This document shows, piece by piece, positions 37,384 through 44,049 of a DNA stretch of 44,049 nt. This stretch comes from Coxiella sp. (in: g-proteobacteria) (GTDB lineage: Bacteria > Pseudomonadota > Gammaproteobacteria > Coxiellales > Coxiellaceae), in NCBI GenBank assembly GCA_002732805.1, contig NVSS01000025.1:1-44049 (forward strand). Reading direction: 5' to 3'. The notes beneath the pieces are model-generated. The model was not told the origin of the DNA, searched no databases, and worked only from the letters and a program-made list of their open reading frames with translations. The translations under genes and the position numbers were made by a program. How positions within the stretch are numbered: position 1 is the stretch's first letter; the number at the start of each line of letters is the position of its first letter.

Positions 37384-37413
37384 TTCTGCTGCTTTGCTTT
37401 CTGCTCTCTTAGT

Positions 37414-37578
37414 CTATGAGTCTGTGAAGTGTAACCAAGCTACAAAGCCTACCATCACAACAACAAAGGGTAAGATCTTATAGCAGAAGCTGTGCCACCT
37501 AAGATAAGTCTCTAGTCTAGCATCAAACTTATCTGTGCCTTTAGATAGTAACCATTTAGCTAGTAGTTTGTCTAACAT
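37414..37578 (-). CDS. Small membrane protein (54 aa, below the ORF-track cutoff)
   Basis: Hand translation gives MLDKLLAKWLLSKGTDKFDARLETYLRWHSFCYKILPFVVVMVGFVAWLHFTDS. RBS AAGGA-N7-ATG. One TM helix. Confidence 0.55.
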   Translation of the reverse strand: MLDKLLAKWLLSKGTDKFDARLETYLRWHSFCYKILPFVVVMVGFVAWLHFTDS

Positions 37579-37613
37579 AATTAGATCCTTCTTCTATAGT
37601 GAGTAAGCGAAGC

Positions 37614-38327
37614 TTATAATGCTAGCAGTAGATCATTCTCTTTTTCTGCTAGCTTTTCCAAGCGAGCTGTAAACCTAGCATCCAGACTGGAAGGAGAGCC
37701 TCTTTCTGCTGCTACCTTCTCTAAGAGATCAATCATAGAGATGCAATCTTCTGGTACTAGGTTAGCCTTGGGAGAAGCAAGAGAGCAGAACTTAGCCTCG
37801 TAAGCTCCTAGAACAAACGCTAGCTTCTCTTGCGAGACACCTTTAGCTATAAACAGTTCTTTCAGATGCGTAGCAACTTCTTTGGCGAACCATTCAGTGA
37901 TCATATCTTTGTTTAAGCGAGATCCCTGATCAGTTGTATCTAAGTAATCCATTACCTTAGACAAGCTTAATGCTCTGGTATAGACACTTATTGCGCCTGC
38001 TTTATGCTCAGCCTTAATCATTGCCTCTTCTGCATTCTGTAGGAAAGAGAGAACATAGGGAGCTAGCATACTAGCAGAGGCTTCTACTAGTTCTAGATTT
38101 AAGTGTTCAGTAGGGATTCTGACAAACTCAGATTCTCTAATCTTCTTATTTGTGTTCTTATTGGTTTGGTAAAGGCACTTAACTATTCTAGTCCCTCCTA
38201 TTTCCTTAATCTCCAATTGCGAGTCATAAGCTTTATATGATCCACACAAGTCGTGCAGAGATACTTCTGCTGATTCTGCTGCTTGTGGCTCTGTAGCTTG
38301 GTTCTGTACTTGATTGAGAGTATTCAT
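37614..38327 (-). CDS. Early hypothetical protein (237 aa from the ATG at 38327); distant paralog of the 29358..30122 product
   Basis: The listed start at 38369 is a GTG, whereas the ATG at 38327 has AAGGA upstream. C-terminal colinearity with the 254-aa protein; ends in LLLAL. Confidence 0.7.
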   Translation of the reverse strand: MNTLNQVQNQATEPQAAESAEVSLHDLCGSYKAYDSQLEIKEIGGTRIVKCLYQTNKNTNKKIRESEFVRIPTEHLNLELVEASASMLAPYVLSFLQNAEEAMIKAEHKAGAISVYTRALSLSKVMDYLDTTDQGSRLNKDMITEWFAKEVATHLKELFIAKGVSQEKLAFVLGAYEAKFCSLASPKANLVPEDCISMIDLLEKVAAERGSPSSLDARFTARLEKLAEKENDLLLAL

Positions 38328-38411
38328 ACTAATGTAGATCCTTTGAAAGTTTAAGAAAGAGTAAGACACTAATAGAAGCAGCTAGTGTTTCGATCTATTA
38401 GATCTCGTCAG

Positions 38412-38768
38412 TTACTCTGAATCTGCCTGCTCTGTAGCTATCTGCGCATCATACCTAGCAATACCCATACCTAGTGCAGTAAGTACAAAGGTTTCATCAT
38501 AATATTCTTCTTCACCTATCATCCTTCTAGATCCTGCTAGTTCTACTCTTTCTAGCGCTCCTTCTTCCCACAAGCGAACTATGTGAAAGTATACAATACC
38601 TTGCTGCACTCTATTGGCAGCACCTACTAGCTTATATAGCTCTTGAGCTAGCTGAGTCTCGCACAAGCCTTCTAGGCAAGAGCTAGGATCATCTAGGAGA
38701 GTACACAAGCGCGAGCCTAGAAGAATGCTAGTAAACTGTATGGTCCTAGCTGCGGATAAGTGACACAT
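38412..38768 (-). CDS. First early gene (118 aa), possible winged-helix DNA-binding protein
   Basis: RBS AAAGGA-N8-ATG. First ORF downstream of the divergent control region. The pattern LYKLVG...VYFHIVRLWEEGALERVEL...TFVLTALG looks wHTH-like, but this is a weak call. Confidence 0.35.
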   Translation of the reverse strand: MCHLSAARTIQFTSILLGSRLCTLLDDPSSCLEGLCETQLAQELYKLVGAANRVQQGIVYFHIVRLWEEGALERVELAGSRRMIGEEEYYDETFVLTALGMGIARYDAQIATEQADSE

Positions 38769-38816
38769 AATCTAAATCCTTTGGAAGTAGTGAGGGAATC
38801 TCCTACCTAGACCCAC

Positions 38817-38845
38817 ATCTTACAGACTCCTATCCTAGAGTACAA
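38817..38845 (-). promoter_or_regulatory. Candidate leftward early promoter
   Basis: Minus strand reads TTGTAC-N17-TAAGAT, about 45 nt upstream of the ATG at 38768. The spacer contains an ATAGGAGT copy. Confidence 0.35.
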
Positions 38846-38971
38846 CCTTATTTACATCTATTTGCATGTAGTTGGTAGCATGCCGAAGGCAATAGTAGAA
38901 TCTAGGATCTTCTGAAATGCTTCAGCCTCTCTCCTAAAAACTAAATACAACTCCTAGCACTACCTTGTTAG

Positions 38972-39080
38972 CTAACAGAAACACCCTATCCTATACCTAC
39001 CAGTATCCTAAAGGGGCATCTCCCTAACAGTATCTTGCAGTAGGAGCTAACAATCTAACAGTTCCTACAAGGTTCTAACA
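38972..39080. repeat. Array of five CTAACA hexamers within ~110 bp
   Basis: Copies at 38972, 39024, 39047, 39055 and 39075. The same hexamer occurs at 36909 within the shared TCCCTAACAG motif. Confidence 0.5.
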
Positions 39081-39277
39081 ATGCAGGTATGCCCCAACAT
39101 AAAGGGTAGGGGGGTCCAAGCCTTTTTGATTCTTAGCTGGGTGCTTATCCTAAGGAAGCCCTCAAATATTACTAAACTTTTACCTGCTTTTACCAGAACT
39201 AGCAGAGTACCTATAGCACTTGTAGCAGAAAGAAGCAGAAGAACCTATGCCTAAGAGAGAAGCAGAAGCAGCCCCAC

Positions 39278-39305
39278 TTGACCCTGAGCTGCAATCCACT
39301 ATACT
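39278..39305 (+). promoter_or_regulatory. Near-consensus sigma70-type promoter at the head of the plus-strand (packaging/structural) arm
   Basis: TTGACC (39278..39283), a 16-nt spacer, then TATACT (39300..39305). It is 54 nt upstream of the ATG at 39359 and is preceded by four AGCAGA(A/G) copies (39201, 39224, 39234, 39261). Confidence 0.6.
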
Positions 39306-39358
39306 CTTAATCTAACAAGTTATACCTTTCCTTCTTATTTCCTTCAGAGGATACTAAA

Positions 39359-39538
39359 ATGGCCGCTAAAAAATTCCCTAAATATAAACTCCTGCGTATG
39401 CTACCTAAGATTGCTACTGGCAATACTAGAGCTATTGCTGAGTTTGTCATAGTCTTGCTGGAGTGGGCAGCTACTAAAACTGAGAACCCCTATGATGATG
39501 AGACTGTAGAGCAGATTAGGAAGCTCTTAGATTTATAG
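39359..39538 (+). CDS. Small membrane protein (59 aa, below the ORF-track cutoff); holin-like candidate
   Basis: Hand translation gives MAAKKFPKYKLLRMLPKIATGNTRAIAEFVIVLLEWAATKTENPYDDETVEQIRKLLDL. RBS GAGGA-N7-ATG. One hydrophobic helix. Confidence 0.55.
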   Translation: MAAKKFPKYKLLRMLPKIATGNTRAIAEFVIVLLEWAATKTENPYDDETVEQIRKLLDL

Positions 39539-39609
39539 GAGAGCGCCCCCTGCCTGCCCAGTTATAACCAAAGTAAGTTAACGCAGCCTAAAGCTTAAAG
39601 AGACCTAAG

Positions 39610-40386
39610 ATGGACATACCAGATACAGACTTAAATAACTCTATCTTAGAATCTCTTGGCGGCGAACCTACTGAACCTGCTGAGGCTTTTGTAGAAACTG
39701 AGCAGAATCCAGGCATAACAAAAGTTGGAGCAAAGGAAGGTAATACTCATTCTACTGGAGCAACTACTTCTGTAGAAGAGAAAGCTTTAACTCTCTTAGG
39801 TAGCGGTATCCGAGCAGAAGCAGTAGCTGCAGCTTTAGGAGTAACTCCTGCTAGGATCTCACAGCTCTTAGCAGACAAAGAGTTCTCAGGCAAAGTATCT
39901 GAGCTGCGATATGAAAACTTGCAGTCTCACAATAAGAGAGATTCTAGCTATGATTCTATAGAAGATGACCTCTTAGTTAAGCTGAAGCGCTCTGTGCCTC
40001 TTATGGTTAAGCCGGATACTATTCTAAGAGCAATATCAGTAGTAAACGCAGCTAAGAGGCGCGGGCAATCTGCTCCTGAACAAGTTACAAACCAGACAAC
40101 TATGGTAACTTTAATCTTACCTAATGTAATAGCCCAGAAGTTTACAACCACTATCGACAACCAAGTAATAACAGCAGGCGAACAATCCCTAGTTACAATG
40201 CAATCAGGTGACCTACTAAGTCAAGTTAAATCAGCTCAGGCTAGAAAACTAGAGCAAGCAATGGAAGCAGCAGAGCCCGCAGAAACAGTTCCTGCAGCTC
40301 CAGCGACAATAGTAGCACCAAAGAACCCAGAGGAGATCTATCATGAGTCTAGCAGAGAGGCGGAGAAGAGAGAGTACATCTCATAG
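39610..40386 (+). CDS. Terminase small subunit candidate (258 aa)
   Basis: Lies upstream of TerL. HTH-like segment AEAVAAALGVTPARISQLLAD. Acidic N- and C-termini. Confidence 0.45.
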   Translation: MDIPDTDLNNSILESLGGEPTEPAEAFVETEQNPGITKVGAKEGNTHSTGATTSVEEKALTLLGSGIRAEAVAAALGVTPARISQLLADKEFSGKVSELRYENLQSHNKRDSSYDSIEDDLLVKLKRSVPLMVKPDTILRAISVVNAAKRRGQSAPEQVTNQTTMVTLILPNVIAQKFTTTIDNQVITAGEQSLVTMQSGDLLSQVKSAQARKLEQAMEAAEPAETVPAAPATIVAPKNPEEIYHESSREAEKREYIS

Positions 40387-40444
40387 CTGCAACAGCAGTA
40401 AACTGCAGCTTCTAATAGGACAGGTAAGAGAAGGAAAGCCTACT

Positions 40445-40624
40445 ATGCGTATTGTAAGAACTTCTCATATTGTACCAGTAACTTATTCTAAGCAGGAAAT
40501 CTCTACAGCTAGAACTATCCTAGATCGTCTGGTAGCTAGAAGGAAGACTCTGGCTAGTACAGCAGAACCTACAGCTTCTACTTCTTATACTAAGATCTTA
40601 AGCAAACAAGTAGAGGACCTATAG
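40445..40624 (+). CDS. Small hypothetical protein (59 aa from the ATG at 40445)
   Basis: GAAGGA-N10-ATG. Its stop TAG (40622..40624) shares one base with the GTG start of TerL. Confidence 0.45.
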   Translation: MRIVRTSHIVPVTYSKQEISTARTILDRLVARRKTLASTAEPTASTSYTKILSKQVEDL

Positions 40625-42213
40625 TGGCTAAGAAGAAGACACTACTAGGAGCCTTAGGTGGGACTCCAGAAAGCAAGAACACCCTACCTGCTACTTTTAG
40701 AGAAGACTCCGCTTCTGCTAACTCTGCTGTATCTGCAGAAGAAGCTATACAAGAAGTAGGCGCTGACTCTGAGCAGATACAAGAATTAGCTAAGCAAGAG
40801 CTGGACTTCTTAGCTGCTCTCCTTATGCCTTTAATTGTAACCTATGGCTACCCTCCTGTATTCCAAGAGATCTACAGGTGGCTTATAGACTTCTCAGATA
40901 AGAAGCGTACATTCCCGCAGCTAGCAATTGGCTTGCCTCGAGGGTTTGGTAAGACTACTCTTATGAAGATCTATATAATCTACTGCATCCTCTTTACTGA
41001 TGCTAAGTTCATTCTTGTAATCTCTTCTACAGCTTCTCTAGCAGAGAATATCTTAGCTGATATTGTAGACATGTTAGAAGAGCCTAATATTAAGTCAGTC
41101 TTTGGTGACTGGAAACTAGGTGTAGAGAAAGATACACAGAAGCTTAAGAAGTTTGGCTTCAGAGGAAGGAATATAATACTAGCTGCCATTGGTGCAGGGT
41201 CTTCTCTACGAGGACTTAATATTAAAAACCAGCGCCCGGATGTTATGCTATTTGAAGACTTCCAAACTAAGGAAGCTTCTGAGTCAGATGTAGAGTCTCA
41301 TAAACTGGAGACATGGATGGTAGGTACAGCAATGAAAGCTAAGTCTCCTCATGGCTGTGTCTTCATATTTGTAGCTAACATGTATCCTAATAAGAACTCC
41401 ATTCTGCGTAAGCTTAAACAGAACCCTAACTGGATTAAGTTTATAGCTGGCGGAATCAACTCAGAAGGGGAGTCTCTCTGGGAAGAGTTGCAGCCTATAA
41501 CGCAACTGCTTAAAGAATTTGAGAATGACCTAGCTATGGGTCACCCTGAGATCTTCTATTCAGAAGTTCTTAATGATGAGAATGTATCAGCTAACAATTT
41601 AATAGATCTGTCTAAGCTGCCTACAGTTCCTTACGAGGCTGGAGATATAGCAGGCGGAAACTTCATAATCATAGATCCTTCTTCAGATAAGCTAGGGTCA
41701 GATGCTGTGTCTATAGGTTACTTTGAGATACATGATGCTAAGCCTATCCTGATGGAACTGGAAGAAGGTAGATTCTCTCCTGGTGATACTATTCTAAAAG
41801 CTCTAGGGTTTGCTCTTAAGCACAATTGCAGATTGATAGTATGTGAAGGTACAGCATTCCAGTACTCTCTAATCTACTGGTTTGATCAGATCTGTCTGCA
41901 GAAGGGAATAATGGGAATAGAAGCAGTCCCTATATATCCTGGCATCAGTTCTAAGAACTCGCGCATTCTCACTATGTTTAAGTCCTATGCAGCAGGAGAA
42001 CTGTATTGCATAGGAGATGCTAGATTAGCTTTGCACTTGCAGATAACTCAGTTTAATCCTTTAAGAAGAGATAACACTGATGGCATATTAGATCTTATGA
42101 CTTATGCTCCTAGAGTGCTCTTAGAGTTTGGAGAGTATGTTATAGCAGGCTCAATTATAGAAGCCCAAGAGTACGAAGGGATGGAAGTAGAAGAGTTTAA
42201 TTCAGCATTCTAG
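40624..42213 (+). CDS. Terminase large subunit (529 aa, GTG start)
   Basis: Walker A GLPRGFGKTT, Walker B DVMLFEDFQ, and a C-terminal nuclease-type FIIIDPSSD. Lies adjacent to the portal gene. Confidence 0.85.
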   Translation: MAKKKTLLGALGGTPESKNTLPATFREDSASANSAVSAEEAIQEVGADSEQIQELAKQELDFLAALLMPLIVTYGYPPVFQEIYRWLIDFSDKKRTFPQLAIGLPRGFGKTTLMKIYIIYCILFTDAKFILVISSTASLAENILADIVDMLEEPNIKSVFGDWKLGVEKDTQKLKKFGFRGRNIILAAIGAGSSLRGLNIKNQRPDVMLFEDFQTKEASESDVESHKLETWMVGTAMKAKSPHGCVFIFVANMYPNKNSILRKLKQNPNWIKFIAGGINSEGESLWEELQPITQLLKEFENDLAMGHPEIFYSEVLNDENVSANNLIDLSKLPTVPYEAGDIAGGNFIIIDPSSDKLGSDAVSIGYFEIHDAKPILMELEEGRFSPGDTILKALGFALKHNCRLIVCEGTAFQYSLIYWFDQICLQKGIMGIEAVPIYPGISSKNSRILTMFKSYAAGELYCIGDARLALHLQITQFNPLRRDNTDGILDLMTYAPRVLLEFGEYVIAGSIIEAQEYEGMEVEEFNSAF

Positions 42214-42239
42214 ATCTAACAAGCAGAAAAGAGAATCTT

Positions 42240-42614
42240 ATGAAAAGAAAAGATACAACAGTAGAAACAGAGTTCCACCCTAAGCTTAACTTCTTCCTTA
42301 CCTGGTGTGATGATATCTACCGTAGCGCCTGGGGAGCTGAGCTTATCATTACCTCAGGCTCAGAAGATAAGGCTAGGCACGGCTTCACTTCTCTGCACTA
42401 TGCCAAACCTTGCTGTGCAGCTGACATTAGAAGCTGGGGCCTTAAAGATAGGGCCGGCAGACTGATAGCTACAGCTAAAGATCAGTATAACCGCCTAAGA
42501 GAGCTGCGAGATGAGTTCTGTGCTGATCAAAATATACCATCTAACTGGATAGATATCATTCTAGAATCTGATCATATCCATATTGAGTTCCAACCTAAGC
42601 GAAGGGAAATATAA
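42240..42614 (+). CDS. Zn-dependent peptidoglycan peptidase, Peptidase_M15 (VanY-like) endolysin (124 aa)
   Basis: LIITSGSE...H.FTSLHY...AADIR and ESDHIHIEF match the iTSGyR...S.H..G.A.Di...H.D zinc-ligand pattern. Confidence 0.7.
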   Translation: MKRKDTTVETEFHPKLNFFLTWCDDIYRSAWGAELIITSGSEDKARHGFTSLHYAKPCCAADIRSWGLKDRAGRLIATAKDQYNRLRELRDEFCADQNIPSNWIDIILESDHIHIEFQPKRREI

Positions 42615-42617
42615 GAA

Positions 42618-44049
42618 ATGGTTGCTTCTACCTCAGTACCCCTAACAGTTAAGTCTCAAGAGTCCTTTATTTCCTTCTATCGTTCTCTGCAGCTTTTGCA
42701 GAATATAAATAGAGGAACTTCTAGGGATCGCTATGAGCTTATAGATAGAACCTATCAGAGAGAGATGGATCTGTCTAAAGAGAATGCTGATGCTAAGGCA
42801 GCTAACAAGGCAGGAGATCCTAGTAGATTTCAGAATATAACTGTCCCTGTAGTAATGCCTCAGGTAGAAGCAGCTGTAACTCATCAAACTTCTGTATTCC
42901 TTACTGGTGATCCTTTGTTCTCAGTTGTAGCATCTGCAGCGTTTATGAAAGAAGCTCTGCAGCTGGAAACTATCCTTGAGAACAACAGTATAAGAGGAGG
43001 CTGGTCTCGGGAACTAATGATGTTCTTCAGAGATGGCTTTAAGTATAACTTCGCGCCCCTGTATGTAGGGTGGGATCAGGAAGTAACTTATACTCCGCAA
43101 ACTGACTTAGCTGTATCTACCAAAGAAGGTATACCTAAGAAGGTTATCTGGTCTGGTAATACTCTGCGCCGTCTTGATCCTTATAACACCTTTATAGACA
43201 CTAGAGTTTCACCTTCTGAATTCTATAAACATGGAGAGTTTGGAGGCTGGACTGAGATGATGTCTAGAATCAAGCTTAAATCTTTCATTGCTGCTCTCCC
43301 AGATAAGATAACTTCTAACATAAAGCCTGCTTTTGAGTCTGGCATGTCTACTCCTTCAACTGCTGCTGTAGATACTGGAGCTCAGAACTTCTATATTCCT
43401 TCTATCAACCCAGCTATCAATGCTTCTGAATATAAGAACAGTGGAACTAACTGGATGCGTTGGGCAGGTATGAATAGCAGAGGGGATCGCGCTCCTATAG
43501 ACTACAAAGATGCATACGAAGTTACTACTTTGTTCGCTAAAGTACTCCCTGGAGAGTTCCACCTGAAGATCCCTAATCAGAATACTCCTCAGATATACAA
43601 GCTGATAATCATAAACCATAGCCATATCATCTATGCTGAGCTGCAGACTAATGCTCATGGACATATACCTATCATGGTAGGTGCTCCTTTAGAAGATGGC
43701 CTAGATTACCAGACTAAGTCCCTAGCTACCAATGGTACTCCTTTCCAAGAACTAGCAACTACTTATATGACTTCTATTATAGCCTCTCGCCGCAGAGCTA
43801 TATCTGACCGGGTCTTATATGATCCCTCTAAAATAACAAAGGCTGCTATTAACTCTCCCAATCCTTCTGCTAAGATTCCAGTTAAGCCTTCTGCTTACGG
43901 AACTCCTTTGCAGGAAGCTGTATATGCCTTCCCTTATAGAGAAGACCAGTTAGCTGCTTCTATGGGTCAGATACAGAATATCATAGCTTTAGGTAATCAG
44001 CTTACTGGGCAGAATCCTGTATCTCAGGGACAGTTCATTAAGGGTAATA
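42618..44049 (+). CDS. Portal protein, 5' part. It runs off the window end and continues at 100..689; 43951..44049 duplicates 1..99.
   Basis: The ATG at 42618 lies 4 nt after the endolysin stop. I translated by hand to the window end without meeting a stop. It is missing from the ORF track because no stop falls within the window. The phase matches 12..689. Confidence 0.8.
   Translation, partial: MVASTSVPLTVKSQESFISFYRSLQLLQNINRGTSRDRYELIDRTYQREMDLSKENADAKAANKAGDPSRFQNITVPVVMPQVEAAVTHQTSVFLTGDPLFSVVASAAFMKEALQLETILENNSIRGGWSRELMMFFRDGFKYNFAPLYVGWDQEVTYTPQTDLAVSTKEGIPKKVIWSGNTLRRLDPYNTFIDTRVSPSEFYKHGEFGGWTEMMSRIKLKSFIAALPDKITSNIKPAFESGMSTPSTAAVDTGAQNFYIPSINPAINASEYKNSGTNWMRWAGMNSRGDRAPIDYKDAYEVTTLFAKVLPGEFHLKIPNQNTPQIYKLIIINHSHIIYAELQTNAHGHIPIMVGAPLEDGLDYQTKSLATNGTPFQELATTYMTSIIASRRRAISDRVLYDPSKITKAAINSPNPSAKIPVKPSAYGTPLQEAVYAFPYREDQLAASMGQIQNIIALGNQLTGQNPVSQGQFIKGN
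43951..44049. repeat. Right copy of the 99-bp exact terminal repeat
   Basis: Identical to 1..99. Confidence 0.95.

Noticed and set aside
38328-38369. Upstream extension of the 251-aa ORF
   Set aside because: The listed start is a GTG with no SD, whereas the ATG at 38327 has AAGGA upstream. The shorter form is preferred.
39081-39254. 57-aa plus-strand ORF (MQVCPNIKGRGVQAF…), and a 22-aa ORF starting at 39247, within the control region
   Set aside because: Weak or absent RBS and a basic, low-information product. The 22-aa ORF overlaps the predicted -35/-10 elements.
42642-43664. Minus-strand ORFs 42642..42887 and 43356..43664
   Set aside because: Both lie antisense to the portal ORF, which I translated by hand from 42618 to the window end without a stop. 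The portal is absent from the track only because it has no in-window stop.
1-44049. tRNA genes, CRISPR arrays, stop-codon reassignment and an integrase/lysogeny module
   Set aside because: I saw no T-loop-like GTTCGAAT/GTTCAAAT contexts in intergenic DNA. There are no regularly spaced direct repeats. Long ORFs (up to 1853 aa) are intact under the standard code, with TAA, TAG and TGA all used as stops. No recombinase motifs were seen.

Overview
The window is one complete tailed-phage genome. The first and last 99 nt are identical, which gives a unit length of about 43,950 bp. The contig closes on itself, and the portal gene runs across the window boundary (42618..44049, continuing at 100..689).

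The organisation is podovirus-like, with two arms that diverge at about 38.8-39.3 kb and converge at about 17.8 kb.

- **Plus arm (39359 -> wrap -> 17780):** small membrane protein, TerS candidate, TerL, M15 endolysin, portal, scaffold, major capsid protein, adaptor, tailspike, tail proteins, and three ejection-type proteins of 143, 661 and 1853 aa.
- **Minus arm (38768 -> 17821):** early genes of unknown function, SF1 Dda/RecD-like helicase, Cas4-like PD-(D/E)XK nuclease, AAA_24 ATPase with a DUF669-like partner, a LapG/BTLCP-type cysteine protease, family A DNA polymerase, DUF3987 P-loop NTPase, DHH/DHHA1 phosphoesterase and a T4 gp1-like dNMP kinase.

I found no integrase, repressor module, phage RNA polymerase, recognisable primase, tRNA, CRISPR array or stop-codon recoding. 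The promoters I can read are sigma70-like, and genes use AGGA-type Shine-Dalgarno sites. Many minus-arm genes are coupled by ATGA or TAATG overlaps.

Observations most worth follow-up:
1. Extreme genome-wide CpG suppression, broken by a sharply bounded CpG-normal island that covers only the C-terminal part of the tailspike.
2. Two non-SSB proteins that end in the bacterial SSB C-terminal tip (DFDDDIPF and PDIPF).
3. A signal-peptide-less LapG-like protease inside the replication module.
4. A HEXXH (M34/ATLF-like) motif inside the 1853-aa ejection protein.
5. A roughly 700-bp non-coding region with about 70-bp inverted arms of TGGCA/TGCCA arrays and oppositely oriented ATAGGAGT repeats around an AT-rich centre.
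6. A self-contained promoter-leader-gene-terminator cassette whose product has a distant paralog in the early operon.

All function calls come from motif reading by eye and from gene order. No database search was possible.
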